A DNA stretch of 64,000 bases from Bacteroidales bacterium (GCA_029004185.1 JAQUPB010000002.1:2484-66483); one strand, 5' to 3'; positions 43,284 to 53,671 are shown, counted from the first letter of the stretch. The notes: generated by a model not told the origin, from the letters alone. A program made the numbers and translations.

Positions 43284-46088
43284 TTAATAAAAATTTAATT
43301 CAAGCCAGTTTTTACCAATTCTCATATCTACATCAATGGGAACAGTAGTTTTAATGCTGTTTATCATTTTGTCTTTTATAATTGGTGATACGATTTCCAA
43401 TTCATCTTTTTTGACGTCAAAAACCAACTCATCATGAACCTGAAGTATGAGTTTTGACTTGAATTTTTTGTTAATAAATTCCTTATAAATATTTATCATG
43501 GCAATTTTAATCATGTCGGCAGCCGAACCCTGAATCGGAGCATTTATTGCATTTCTTTCGGCATATCCTCTCACTATGGAGTTGCCCGAATTAATATCTC
43601 TCAGGTATCGTCTTCTTCCCATTATTGTTTCCGTATAACCCTTCTGGCGAGCCATTTCAATGCTTTTGTCCATGTATTTTTTTACGCCGGGATATTTTTC
43701 AAAATATTGTTTTATTATTTCGCCTGCTTCTTTTCTCGGAATTCCAAGCCGTTCCGATAATCCAAAACCCGATATCCCGTATATTATTCCGAAGTTAATT
43801 GTCTTTGCATTTCGCCTCATTTCCTTTGTTACATTTTCAATACTTACTCCATAAACTTTCGAAGCGGTTGCAGTATGTATGTCAATTCCCTGCCTGAATG
43901 CTTCGAGCATATCCTTGTCTTCACTCATTTCTGCCATTATCCTTAATTCTGTCTGCGAATAATCCGCTGAAAGCAAAAGATAATTTTCATTTCTCGGAAT
44001 AAATGCTTTTCTTATTTCTTTTCCTCTTTCTGTTCTTACGGGAATATTTTGAATATTCGGATTTGTGGAACTCAATCTTCCCGTGGAAGTAACAATCTGG
44101 TTGAAAGAAGTGTGTACTCTTCCTGTTCGCGGATTTACCAATAGTGGAAAGGCATCAATATAGGTGGATTTGAGTTTTGTAAGTGAACGGTAATCTAAAA
44201 GTTTCGGAATTATTTCATGTTTGTTGATTAATTTTTTCAAAACATCTTCGCTTGTTGAATATTGTTTTGTTTTTGTGAGCTTAGCCTTTTCAATAATATT
44301 GAGCTTTTCAAAAAGAATTTCACCGAGTTGCTTTGGTGATGAAATGTTAAATTCAACACCTGCGAGTTGAATAATTTCTTTTTCAAGTTGTTTTACTTCT
44401 ACTTCGAGCAGCACGGAATAATCGTTTAAAAATTCCGAATCAATTTTAATTCCTTCTGCTTCCATTGCCGCAAGTACCGGAGTAAGCGGTGCTTCTATTT
44501 CCTCAAAAAGTTTTAATGCATTTGATTCTGCAAGTTTCGGTTCAAAAGTATTTTTGAGTTGCAAAGTAATGTCGGCATCTTCGCAGGAATATTCCTTGAG
44601 AATTTCATCAGGAACAGTGCGCATGCTCTGCTGGTTTTTTCCTTTTGCTCCTATTAAAGTTTCGATTGAAACCGGTTCATAATCCAAATATGTTGAAGCA
44701 AGAAAATCCATATTGTGCCGCGATTCCGGTTGCAAAACATAATGTGCAAGCATTGTGTCAAAAAGTTTTCCCCCGACTTCAATATCATACCATTTTAAAA
44801 TTGCAATGTCAAATTTTATGTTCTGTCCGACCTTTTCGATTTTTTCATTTTCGAAAATTTCTTTGAATTCATTGCATATTTTATATGCGTCGTTATAATT
44901 TTCGGGAAAAGGAATGTAATATGCTTCGTGCGGTTTAAATGAAAATGACATTCCTACTAATTCGGAATTATGCGAATCCAAGCCGGTTGTTTCGGTATCA
45001 AAACAAAATAATTTTTGTTGTTTTAAAATCGAAATAAATTCTTTTCGTTTTTCTGATGTATCAATAAGAATGTAATTGTGTGCAACTGAATTTATGTTTT
45101 CCTTTGGCACAAAAACATTTTGTTCTTCTGTAATTATTGGTGGTTCTTTGTTCTCAGAAGAAATAGTTTCTGTATTTTTTTCTTCGGTTTCTGTTGTTTC
45201 TTCAAATGTCAATGGCTTATCGTATAAAATTCTCTGAGCGAGACGGCGGAATTCAAGTTCCGTAAAAAGACTCTGCAATGCATCTTTATCCGGTGATTTT
45301 AATTTTAATTTTTCTTCGTCGAAATCAACCGGAACATTGGTAATTATTGTTGCCAGTTCTTTCGACATTATCGCAAGCTCCGTATTTTTTTCGATTTTTT
45401 CTTTTAATGTATCTTTTAATAAATGTGTCGACTTCAATAAATTTTCCACATTGTCATATTCGGCAATGAGTTTTGTTGCAGTTTTTTCACCTATGCCGGG
45501 TATTCCCGGAATGTTATCAACCTTATCGCCCTGCAGTGCGAGTATTTCTATAATCTGCTCCGGGCGTTTTATTCCGAACCTTTCGCAAACTTCTTTCACT
45601 CCTAAAATTTTTGCCTTTTCGCCAAACTTTGCCGGTTTATAAATAAATACTTTATCACTTACAAGTTGTCCGAGGTCTTTGTCCGACGTCATGATATAAG
45701 TTACAAAATCTTTTTGTTCGGCAACTTTTGCAATAGTTCCTATTACATCATCGGCTTCGTAACCGTCGAGCATCAATACTGAAATATTGAATCCTTCCAA
45801 GAGTTTTAATATATGAGGAAGAGAATTGATTATATCTTCGGGAGTTTCTTCGCGGTGTGCTTTGTATTCGGCAAATGAGTCGTGGCGGACTGTAGCTGCC
45901 TTTGTATCAAAGCAAACCGCCATGTGAGTTGGTTTTTCTTTTTCAAGAATTTCAACCAGCGTATTTGCAAAACCATAAGTTGCCGAAGTATTTATTCCTT
46001 TCGAAGTTATGCGCGGATTTTTATTCAACGCATAATATGCGCGGTAAATCAGCGACATCGCATCAAGAAGAAAAAGTTTTTTTGGCAT
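43284..46088 (-). CDS. polA: DNA polymerase I
   Basis: 934 aa with N-terminal 5'-3' exonuclease (LFLLDAMSLIYRAYYAL). Polymerase motifs are RRNAKTINFGIIYG and LQVHDELVF. Confidence 0.9.
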   Translation of the reverse strand: MPKKLFLLDAMSLIYRAYYALNKNPRITSKGINTSATYGFANTLVEILEKEKPTHMAVCFDTKAATVRHDSFAEYKAHREETPEDIINSLPHILKLLEGFNISVLMLDGYEADDVIGTIAKVAEQKDFVTYIMTSDKDLGQLVSDKVFIYKPAKFGEKAKILGVKEVCERFGIKRPEQIIEILALQGDKVDNIPGIPGIGEKTATKLIAEYDNVENLLKSTHLLKDTLKEKIEKNTELAIMSKELATIITNVPVDFDEEKLKLKSPDKDALQSLFTELEFRRLAQRILYDKPLTFEETTETEEKNTETISSENKEPPIITEEQNVFVPKENINSVAHNYILIDTSEKRKEFISILKQQKLFCFDTETTGLDSHNSELVGMSFSFKPHEAYYIPFPENYNDAYKICNEFKEIFENEKIEKVGQNIKFDIAILKWYDIEVGGKLFDTMLAHYVLQPESRHNMDFLASTYLDYEPVSIETLIGAKGKNQQSMRTVPDEILKEYSCEDADITLQLKNTFEPKLAESNALKLFEEIEAPLTPVLAAMEAEGIKIDSEFLNDYSVLLEVEVKQLEKEIIQLAGVEFNISSPKQLGEILFEKLNIIEKAKLTKTKQYSTSEDVLKKLINKHEIIPKLLDYRSLTKLKSTYIDAFPLLVNPRTGRVHTSFNQIVTSTGRLSSTNPNIQNIPVRTERGKEIRKAFIPRNENYLLLSADYSQTELRIMAEMSEDKDMLEAFRQGIDIHTATASKVYGVSIENVTKEMRRNAKTINFGIIYGISGFGLSERLGIPRKEAGEIIKQYFEKYPGVKKYMDKSIEMARQKGYTETIMGRRRYLRDINSGNSIVRGYAERNAINAPIQGSAADMIKIAMINIYKEFINKKFKSKLILQVHDELVFDVKKDELEIVSPIIKDKMINSIKTTVPIDVDMRIGKNWLELNFY

Positions 46089-46221
46089 TAATCCGGAATT
46101 ATTAAAATGAAAATTTTATTATAAAGAAATTCAAATTTACACAAAGATTTAATATAGGCAAAACCTCAAAGGTTTTTAAAACCTTTGAGGTTTATATGTA
46201 TGAATGCATAATTTCAGATTA

Positions 46222-46794
46222 CTATAAACATTTTTTTAAATACCCCACAATATCTCTAAAGAAGATTTCAAATTCATTCTGGTATAAATCATAATTTTTT
46301 TTGAGTTCTTCGGTAGCTTCATTAAGATTTGAATGAAATTTTGTGCGTCCGCGTAATCTTTGAAAAGCGAAATCAATTCCTTCAAAAGTTGAATATGACA
46401 AAAGCAGGTTTTTAAATCTCCCGTATATCAAAGCATGCTGAAACCGCAGAGGAAAAAGAAAGCGATATTTTTTCAAAATCTTATAACTTCGTTCTGCAAA
46501 ACTTTCGAGTGTTTCTTCCGAATAATTTTTCCAGTTAACAGCTAAAAAATGGTCGCAATAAATATCAATAATTACGGGAGTATAATGAGAAAATTTTTTT
46601 CGGAGTCGTTTTTTGCTTTCTTCGATTACCGGATGCTCGTCAATAAACTTGTCAATTTTTCGGTGAAGTTCAATGCCTTTTAAAATTTTGGGATTAATAT
46701 TTTTTTTATTGCCTTTAATGAAATCGGCAAGCACACCGCCTACCATCATTTCTTCGGAATGTTGTGATAAATAAAGGTGGGCAAGGTAGTTCAT
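46222..46794 (-). CDS. acpH: acyl carrier protein phosphodiesterase
   Basis: 190 aa with the characteristic N-terminus MNYLAHLYLS...GGVLADFIKG. Confidence 0.75.
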   Translation of the reverse strand: MNYLAHLYLSQHSEEMMVGGVLADFIKGNKKNINPKILKGIELHRKIDKFIDEHPVIEESKKRLRKKFSHYTPVIIDIYCDHFLAVNWKNYSEETLESFAERSYKILKKYRFLFPLRFQHALIYGRFKNLLLSYSTFEGIDFAFQRLRGRTKFHSNLNEATEELKKNYDLYQNEFEIFFRDIVGYLKKCL

Positions 46795-46829
46795 TAATTA
46801 ATAAATAATAATGAATAATTAATAATTTT

Positions 46830-46860
46830 AACTGAAAACAGAAAACTGAAAACTGAAAAC
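46830..46860. repeat. tandem ACTGAAAA words directly after the gpsA stop
   Basis: The gene-sense (minus) reading is GTTTTCAGTTTTCAGTTTTCTGTTTTCAGTT. The same word and gene-relative orientation occur after mreB (31319-31349). Confidence 0.6.
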
Positions 46861-46867
46861 TTTTTAC

Positions 46868-47860
46868 TTAACTTAATCTATCTGCCAGCAATTTCATTTC
46901 CACCGCAGGGGCAATGTTTTCGTAGAGAATATTGTAAACAGCTTCCGTTATTGGCATTTCAACTTTGTAGGTTTTGTTTATTTCCTTAATGGATTTTGTT
47001 GCATAATAACCTTCGGCAATCATTTTCATTTCAAGTTGTGCCGATTTAACAGAATATCCCGAACCGAGCATTGTACCAAAAGTCCTGTTGCGGCTGAATT
47101 GCGAATAAGTTGTTACAATCAGATCGCCGAGATAAACCGAACTTGATAAATCCCTGTCGATGGGATGAACTTCATCAATAAAGCGTTTTATCTCCTGCAG
47201 GCCGTTTGAAATCAACACTGCCTGAAAATTATCGCCATATCCCAAGCCCTTGCAAACACCAACAGCAACGGAAATAATATTTTTCAAAACTGCAGAATAT
47301 TCAGTGCCGTAAATATCATCGGAAAGAGTTGTTTTTAAATACCGGCAATTAAAAAATTCTGAAATTTCACCTGCGAGTCCGGTGTTTTGAGAAGAGGCAG
47401 TAAGATAGGTTAGTTTTTCAAGAGCAATTTCTTCGGCGTGGGAGGGACCGCTGATAACTGCAAAATCCTGAAATGAAACACCATAAATCTTGTTAAAAAA
47501 ATCACCTATAATAAGGTTGTGTTCAGGAACAATTCCTTTAATTGCAGAAATGATTTTTTTGTTTTTGAATATTTCTTCAGGTAAGTCTTTTAATGAAACT
47601 GCAAGGAATGCGGCAGGAACAACAAAAATCAAGTGAGTGGAACCGGTAATTATTTTTTTCAGGTCGGTGCTGATATTAACTTTTTCCGAATTAATTTCAA
47701 CCGAACTCAGAAATAAAGGATTGTGATGAAATTTTTTGATATTATCAACAATTTCGGGCTCTCTTACCCACCAATTAATTGAATCGTTATTTTCCAGAAG
47801 AATTTTTACGATTGCAGTTGCCCAGCTTCCGCTACCTATTACCGCTATTTTATTTTCCAT
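46868..47860 (-). CDS. gpsA: NAD(P)H-dependent glycerol-3-phosphate dehydrogenase
   Basis: 330 aa with Rossmann motif IAVIGSGSWATAI. The C-terminal domain shows EGYYATKS. Confidence 0.85.
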   Translation of the reverse strand: MENKIAVIGSGSWATAIVKILLENNDSINWWVREPEIVDNIKKFHHNPLFLSSVEINSEKVNISTDLKKIITGSTHLIFVVPAAFLAVSLKDLPEEIFKNKKIISAIKGIVPEHNLIIGDFFNKIYGVSFQDFAVISGPSHAEEIALEKLTYLTASSQNTGLAGEISEFFNCRYLKTTLSDDIYGTEYSAVLKNIISVAVGVCKGLGYGDNFQAVLISNGLQEIKRFIDEVHPIDRDLSSSVYLGDLIVTTYSQFSRNRTFGTMLGSGYSVKSAQLEMKMIAEGYYATKSIKEINKTYKVEMPITEAVYNILYENIAPAVEMKLLADRLS

Positions 47861-47937
47861 TAAATTAATACAATTTAAAAGTTGTTTTAACTTTAATCAG
47901 TTTTTATTCTTAACTTCATAATCCATTGAAAATATTT

Positions 47938-48019
47938 CACGCAAAGAGCGCGAAGCAAAAAATGCAGAGATTGCAAAGTATATATTTTCTTTGCGTTATT
48001 TCTTTGCGAACTTTGCGAG
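47938..48019. repeat. imperfect inverted repeat built from CGCAAAGA-type 8-mers
   Basis: CACGCAAAGAGCGCGAAGC ... CTTTGCGTTATTTCTTTGCGAACTTTGCGAG. The 5' end TATTTCACGCAAAGA is identical to 63064-63078. Confidence 0.5.
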
Positions 48020-48082
48020 AAACATTTTTTTAATTATCTCTAAATAAAGCAAAAATAGTAATAAAATTCAAATCGGTATTTA

Positions 48083-48595
48083 TTATTTTTTCAAATCCGG
48101 ATTGCCTTTTATTTGCTCGAATTTTTCTTTCAATACAGGGAAAACAGCTGGTGCAATAACAGAGACAGGTTTATAAAGCAAGGAATTTGAAGTCGTTTTT
48201 TCGGTGAGTAAAATTTTATTTGAATCAATGGAAGTAATAATATAAATGATACAACTTATTATAAAAGCCATTTTCAGCAATCCGAAAAAGCAGCCTGTTA
48301 TTTTATTGGCAAATCCGAGTGCAATTGCATCGACAAATTTTTCCAGAATTTTAGCAAACCAATACAAGCCTATGAGTATTAATATGAAAGTAACCGCAAA
48401 GGATATTATTTTAATAAACCCGGAATGAATATATTTTCCGAGAAAATTACCGGCGAAATATGAAAAATGTATGCCACCGTAAATGGCAGCAATTAATGCA
48501 ATTATTGATATTACTTCTAAAATAATACCTTTTCTGTAACCTTTAAAGGCGGCAAAAAGTAAGGGAATAACTACAAGAAAATCAAAAAAATTCAT
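48083..48595 (-). CDS. cvpA: CvpA family membrane protein
   Basis: 170 aa. N-terminus MNFFDFLVVIPLLFAAFKGYRKGIILEV and about four TM helices are typical of colicin V production protein. Confidence 0.7.
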   Translation of the reverse strand: MNFFDFLVVIPLLFAAFKGYRKGIILEVISIIALIAAIYGGIHFSYFAGNFLGKYIHSGFIKIISFAVTFILILIGLYWFAKILEKFVDAIALGFANKITGCFFGLLKMAFIISCIIYIITSIDSNKILLTEKTTSNSLLYKPVSVIAPAVFPVLKEKFEQIKGNPDLKK

Positions 48596-48616
48596 AATGG
48601 TTCCAACAGCAATTAT

Positions 48617-49000
48617 TTACATATGCAGTATGTAAACTATTTTTACTGCTGTTTGGTTTTTAATAAGCCGGATGTTTGCATTTCCAACGCATGTATCACC
48701 ATAAAGTGCAGTATCAACAGGGTCGATTGCTTTTTTTACTTCAATTGCAAGTATGGCAGGATAAGGGAAAGTATGAGTTACTTTGCCTGAATAATCGGTA
48801 GTAAGCGTGCATTTTTCTTTCTCGAGCTTTTTGTCAACATTTTTTCCAATTATTACCTCACAGCCGGGAGCTACTTTATCGTCCACAGTGTATTTTACTG
48901 TAATATCAACGGGATATTCTTCTTTATTGCAACTTAAAGAAAAAATTATCAGCAGGATTAGTGCATTTAATGTAAATGCAACGTATAGTTTATTTCTCAT
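48617..49000 (-). CDS. hypothetical lipoprotein
   Basis: 127 aa with a signal peptide ending in a lipobox-like FSLSC. No family recognised. Confidence 0.45.
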   Translation of the reverse strand: MRNKLYVAFTLNALILLIIFSLSCNKEEYPVDITVKYTVDDKVAPGCEVIIGKNVDKKLEKEKCTLTTDYSGKVTHTFPYPAILAIEVKKAIDPVDTALYGDTCVGNANIRLIKNQTAVKIVYILHM

Positions 49001-49169
49001 AATAAAAAAAATTTATTATTATTGTACGATTATTTAGAAGCCAAAGTTATATTAAAATTTATAAAATACAAATTTTGCAATATATTATTTTCTTACTAAG
49101 ACACATAGGTATATAATTTAGTTGCACGAAAATTGTATTTAATTGTAACAAATAATAAAAATTAAACAT

Positions 49170-49847
49170 ATGAGAAACAAAATTTTATTGATTACGGCAC
49201 TAATTTTTAGCATTTTCATTGTTCTTTCTTTTGCAGTGAAAAAAAACTTCTATCGCTCAGGTGAAACCATTGTACAGATTTCAACCGAATACGGAGATAT
49301 TAAAATAAAATTATACAACCAAACTCCCGGGCATCGCGATAATTTTATAAAGTTGATAAAGCAAAATGTTTATAACGGAACGCTTTTTCATCGTGTAATA
49401 AAAGGCTTTATGATACAGGGCGGTGACCCTGATTCAAAAACTGCAAAACCAGGTCAAATGCTCGGTAACGGTGAAACCGGTCCAAGAATTCCTGCCGAAT
49501 TCGACAGTACTTTATACCACAAACGGGGGGCACTTGCCGCAGCAAGGGACGAAAATCCCGCGAAAGCTTCTTCGAGCTGCCAGTTCTATATTGTGCAGGG
49601 CAGAAAATTTACCGAACAGCAACTCAATGATATGTCGAAAGCTACGGGAATAAAATTCAGTAAAGAAAAAATTCAGGCATATACTACAATAGGTGGAGCT
49701 CCGCATCTCGATGGGAGTTATACCGTTTTCGGCGAAGTCATCGAAGGAATGGAAACAGTTGACAAGATTGCAGGCGTTGATGTTGATGTTAACAACAATT
49801 ACCGTCCTCTTAAGGATATAAAGGTTACAATAAAAATTCTTGAATAA
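49170..49847 (+). CDS. peptidylprolyl isomerase, cyclophilin type
   Basis: FHRVIKGFMIQGGDP, SQFYIV and YTVFGEVIEGMETVDKI, with an N-terminal membrane anchor or signal. Confidence 0.85.
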   Translation: MRNKILLITALIFSIFIVLSFAVKKNFYRSGETIVQISTEYGDIKIKLYNQTPGHRDNFIKLIKQNVYNGTLFHRVIKGFMIQGGDPDSKTAKPGQMLGNGETGPRIPAEFDSTLYHKRGALAAARDENPAKASSSCQFYIVQGRKFTEQQLNDMSKATGIKFSKEKIQAYTTIGGAPHLDGSYTVFGEVIEGMETVDKIAGVDVDVNNNYRPLKDIKVTIKILE

Positions 49848-50051
49848 AATTAATTTAGTTTAAAGCCTGCCTGCCTGCAGGTTTAATGTCTAAAGTTAAA
49901 AAAAAGGGGATTTTTGATTTATAATTATAAATTTCCCAACTAAGAACGACAAACAGCAAACTATTTTTAACTTTAGCTACTTTTAATAATTCCCAAGAAA
50001 CATATTTGAATTTTTACTATTTTTGAAGTTCAATTTTGAGCAAAAATATTT

Positions 50052-51074
50052 ATGCAGGATAAAATTAAAAAGATTGTTAAGGAAATTGAAGGTTACAGAC
50101 CGGCAAACGAAGATGACTTGGAGCAATTCCGTATTAAATACCTCGGAAAAAAGGGCGTTGTCAATGATTTGTTTGTTGAATTTAAAAATGTAGCTCCTGA
50201 AAACCGCAAGGAAACAGGAATGTTATTAAATCAACTGAAAAATAAAGCTGAAGAAAAATTTGAACTTTATAAAAAAGAACTGGTAAAAAATTCAGATTTT
50301 TCAGGAGAAAACCGGGACTTAACATTATCTTCAAGTGAACTTGAACTTGGTTCACGGCATCCTATATCAATTGTGAGAAATGAAATCATTCAGATTTTTT
50401 CACGCCTTGGTTTTAATATTTCCGAAGGACCCGAAGTAGAGGATGATTGGCATAATTTTACTGCTCTTAATTTTCCGGAAGAACATCCTGCAAGAGATAT
50501 GCAGGATACTTTCTTTGTTCAGAAAAATCCCGATATCGCCTTAAGAACACACACTTCATCGGTTCAGGTGAGAGTTATGGAAAATACAAAACCGCCGATA
50601 AAAACAATTTCTCCCGGAAGGGTTTTTAGAAATGAAGCTATTTCTGCAAGAGCTCATTGCATTTTTCATCAAATCGAAGGATTATATGTTGACAAGAATG
50701 TTTCTTTTGCCGATTTGAAACAAACACTGCTTTATTTTGCAAAAGAAATGTTCGGCGAAAAAACGGAAATACGACTGCGTCCTTCATTTTTCCCTTTCAC
50801 GGAACCATCGGCTGAAATGGATATTTCCTGCAATATATGCGGAGGTAAAGGATGTAATGTATGTAAATACAACGGTTGGGTTGAAATTCTCGGCTGCGGC
50901 ATGGTCGACCCGAATGTTCTGGAAAATTGCAAAATCGACAGCAAAAAATATACCGGTTTTGCTTTCGGCATGGGAATTGAACGCATTGCAATGCTTAAAT
51001 ACCAGATAAAAGATTTACGATTGTTTTTCGAAAATGACGTAAGATTTTTGAAACAATTTAAATCTGCATTATAA
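50052..51074 (+). CDS. pheS: phenylalanine--tRNA ligase alpha subunit
   Basis: 340 aa with [31 protein letters not shown] and [10 protein letters not shown]. Confidence 0.9.
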   Translation: MQDKIKKIVKEIEGYRPANEDDLEQFRIKYLGKKGVVNDLFVEFKNVAPENRKETGMLLNQLKNKAEEKFELYKKELVKNSDFSGENRDLTLSSSELELGSRHPISIVRNEIIQIFSRLGFNISEGPEVEDDWHNFTALNFPEEHPARDMQDTFFVQKNPDIALRTHTSSVQVRVMENTKPPIKTISPGRVFRNEAISARAHCIFHQIEGLYVDKNVSFADLKQTLLYFAKEMFGEKTEIRLRPSFFPFTEPSAEMDISCNICGGKGCNVCKYNGWVEILGCGMVDPNVLENCKIDSKKYTGFAFGMGIERIAMLKYQIKDLRLFFENDVRFLKQFKSAL

Positions 51075-51104
51075 TTTTTTTACAAAATCTTCAAATTAAA
51101 ACCC

Positions 51105-53057
51105 TTGATTACCAAAGACACCATAGATGATATTTTCAGTGCCGTCCGCATTGAAGAAATAATTAGCGAGTTTGTTTCTTTGAAAAAGAGAGGTGTGAAC
51201 TTTGTCGGTTTATGCCCTTTTCATAACGAGAAAACTCCTTCATTTACGGTTTCTGCAACAAAAGGAATTTACAAATGCTTTGGCTGCGGAAAAGCGGGAA
51301 ATGCCGTGAATTTTCTGATGGAACACGAACACTTCACGTATCCCGAAGCATTAAGATTTCTCGCAAAAAAATATAATATCGAAATTCAGGAAGACAAATC
51401 CGATTTAGCTGAAAAAAGTGACCAGAACAAAAAAGAACCGCTTTTTATTGTTTCGGATTTTGCACAAAAATATTTCTCCGATGTATTGTTTAATAGTGAA
51501 GATGGAAAAGCAATAGGACTTTCATATTTTACAGAAAGAGGATTCGGCGAACAAACAATACGAAAATTCCAGCTCGGTTATTGTCCCGGGAAATGGGATT
51601 CATTCACTCTCGAGGCATTAGATAAAGGATATAAACTGGAATACCTGAAAGAAACAGGTCTGACGATAGAAAAGGATGGAAAATATTTTGACAGGTTTCG
51701 GGGAAGAGCAATGTTTCCGATTCATAATTTATCGGGAAGAGTTATTGGTTTTGGAGGAAGAGTGCTTGGTTCGGAAACCCAGGCGGCAAAATATGTAAAT
51801 TCTCCCGAATCGGAAATATACAGCAAAAGCAATGTTCTGTACGGAATGTACTTTGCCCGCAATTCAATTATTGAAAATAAAAACTGTTATCTTGTGGAGG
51901 GCTATACCGATGTTATTTCACTTCACCAGGCAGGAATTGAAAATGTTGTTGCTTCTTCAGGAACGTCGCTTACAACCGAACAAATACGCCTCATCCACAG
52001 ATATGCGAATACTATTACGATTTTGTACGATGGAGATGCGGCAGGAATTAAAGCCTCTTTCAGGGGTATTGATATGATATTTGAAGAAGGGTTGAATGTA
52101 AGACTTGTTCTTTTTCCCGAAAATGAAGACCCCGATTCATTTACAAAAAAACACAGAACATCGGAAGTGAAAAAGTTTATTGATGATAATGTTGTAAACT
52201 TCATAACTTTTAAAACACTTGTACTTTTTGAGGAAGCAAAAAGCGATCCCGTGAAAAGAGCCGGATTCATTAAGGAAATTGCAAATACCATTGCTTTGAT
52301 TCCCGACGGAATTGTTCGTTCGGAATACATAAAAGAATGTGCTGAAAAAGTTAAAATTTCCGAACAAATACTTAATCAGGAAATAAATAAAATAAGAAGA
52401 AAAAAAGTATTTGAAAGAAAAACTGACTTTCCTGTTGCTGAAGAAATCGAAGAAGAAAAAATAATTTCAGAACGGCAAACAGATTTTATTGAGAATTATG
52501 AAGAATCGCAGGAAAGCAATATCATAAGACTGATGCTGGAATACGGACATAAAGAACTTGTTTTCAGGGAGAAAAAAGAAAAAGAAATCATCGAACATAA
52601 AATAAATGTTGCGGAATATATTATTAATGAGCTTTTAAACGACGTTGAGTTTGAAAACCCTTTATATAAAAGAATATTTGAAGAATTTTCAACCGAACTT
52701 AAAAATAATAAAATATTAAATCAACAGCATTTTATCGACCATAGCGACAAGGAAATAAAAGAGCAATCAATAAATATAATACTGAGTTCGGAAAAAAACA
52801 GGATAAGTGAAAACTGGAAAAAGCATGGTATTGTTATTAATGACGAAGAAAAAGATTTACCAAGAACAATTATACAATCCATTGCAGTTTTGAAGCTGAA
52901 AAAAATACTAAAATTAAAAGAAGAAGCACTTAATAGGTTAAAAATGGCAGTTAATGATGAAGAAATATTGTTTTATCAGAATTTATGCAAAAAGTTCGAC
53001 AAAGCCAAACAAACTATAGCTAATTCAAAGGAATTAGGAAGAATAATTATAAAATAA
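51105..53057 (+). CDS. dnaG: DNA primase
   Basis: 650 aa with zinc finger CPFHNEKTPSF...CFGCG, TOPRIM motifs VEGYTDV and YDGDAAG. TTG start. Confidence 0.9.
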   Translation: MITKDTIDDIFSAVRIEEIISEFVSLKKRGVNFVGLCPFHNEKTPSFTVSATKGIYKCFGCGKAGNAVNFLMEHEHFTYPEALRFLAKKYNIEIQEDKSDLAEKSDQNKKEPLFIVSDFAQKYFSDVLFNSEDGKAIGLSYFTERGFGEQTIRKFQLGYCPGKWDSFTLEALDKGYKLEYLKETGLTIEKDGKYFDRFRGRAMFPIHNLSGRVIGFGGRVLGSETQAAKYVNSPESEIYSKSNVLYGMYFARNSIIENKNCYLVEGYTDVISLHQAGIENVVASSGTSLTTEQIRLIHRYANTITILYDGDAAGIKASFRGIDMIFEEGLNVRLVLFPENEDPDSFTKKHRTSEVKKFIDDNVVNFITFKTLVLFEEAKSDPVKRAGFIKEIANTIALIPDGIVRSEYIKECAEKVKISEQILNQEINKIRRKKVFERKTDFPVAEEIEEEKIISERQTDFIENYEESQESNIIRLMLEYGHKELVFREKKEKEIIEHKINVAEYIINELLNDVEFENPLYKRIFEEFSTELKNNKILNQQHFIDHSDKEIKEQSINIILSSEKNRISENWKKHGIVINDEEKDLPRTIIQSIAVLKLKKILKLKEEALNRLKMAVNDEEILFYQNLCKKFDKAKQTIANSKELGRIIIK

Positions 53058-53100
53058 TTTTTTTTGAAAAAAAATATTTTGTTTTAAAAAAAGAATAATT

Positions 53101-53108
53101 TATTTTTG
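53101..53108 (+). promoter_or_regulatory. -7 box TATTTTTG with TTTG at 53078-53081 upstream of the HU gene
   Basis: TAnnTTTG match with a 19-nt spacer to an upstream TTTG. It lies 57 nt upstream of the ATG at 53165. Confidence 0.5.
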
Positions 53109-53164
53109 TACCCAATTAAAAAAGTCTTTAAATATTATTTTTAATAATTAAAACTCAAAGTATT

Positions 53165-53458
53165 ATGACAAAAGCAGATATAATAGCAGAAATCAGTAAC
53201 AAAACAGGAATTGAAAAAATAGCAGTACAGGCAACAGTTGAAGCATTTATGAATAGCGTAAAGGGTTCATTGGAAAGCGGAAAAAATGTATATATGAGGG
53301 GATTTGGAAGTTTTATAGTTAAAAGAAGAGCAAAGAAAACAGGAAGAAATATTTCAAAAAATACAACAATAATAATTCCCGCACATAATATTCCGGCTTT
53401 CAAACCTGCAAAAACATTTGTAAATAGCGTAAAAAACAGAGTTAAAGTTACTGCGTAA
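53165..53458 (+). CDS. hup: HU family DNA-binding protein
   Basis: 97 aa: MTKADIIAEISNKTGI...GFGSFIVKRRAKKTGRNISKNTTIIIPAHNIPAFKPAK. Confidence 0.85.
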   Translation: MTKADIIAEISNKTGIEKIAVQATVEAFMNSVKGSLESGKNVYMRGFGSFIVKRRAKKTGRNISKNTTIIIPAHNIPAFKPAKTFVNSVKNRVKVTA

Positions 53459-53525
53459 TTTTATTCAGTAAATAATAAACTTTTATATTGTAGAAAATAA
53501 AAATGTTTTAATAAGAAATTTTTTA

Positions 53526-53533
53526 TAAATTTG
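53526..53533 (+). promoter_or_regulatory. -7 box TAAATTTG upstream of the bS22-like ORF
   Basis: TAnnTTTG match, 49 nt upstream of the ATG at 53582. Confidence 0.35.
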
Positions 53534-53581
53534 CTTTATTATTAAATCATTTATTAAAATATAAAATTTAGCTAAAATCAA

Positions 53582-53671
53582 ATGCCGAGCGGAAAAAAAA
53601 GAAAAAAACAAAAAATGAATACCCATAAGCGAAAAAAACGTCTGAGAAAAAACAGACATAAAAAGGGTTAA
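53582..53671 (+). CDS. 29-aa highly basic protein, bS22 / AURKAIP1-COX24-like small ribosomal protein
   Basis: Hand translation: MPSGKKRKKQKMNTHKRKKRLRKNRHKKG. This matches my recollection of the conserved Bacteroidota MPSGKKRK..HKRKKR..NRHKK peptide. It is below the ORF-track length cut-off. Confidence 0.6.
   Translation: MPSGKKRKKQKMNTHKRKKRLRKNRHKKG

Noticed and set aside
49868-49885. GCCTGCCTGCCTGCAGG after the cyclophilin stop (contains CCTGCAGG) and the 13-bp inverted repeat CTAAAGTTAAAAA/TTTTTAACTTTAG (49889-49903 with 49964-49976) as a regulatory leader for pheS.
   Set aside because: The stems are short or AT-only with a ~60-nt loop. No recognisable T-box or attenuator features are present. 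It may be just another member of the word-hairpin repeats and is not called separately.
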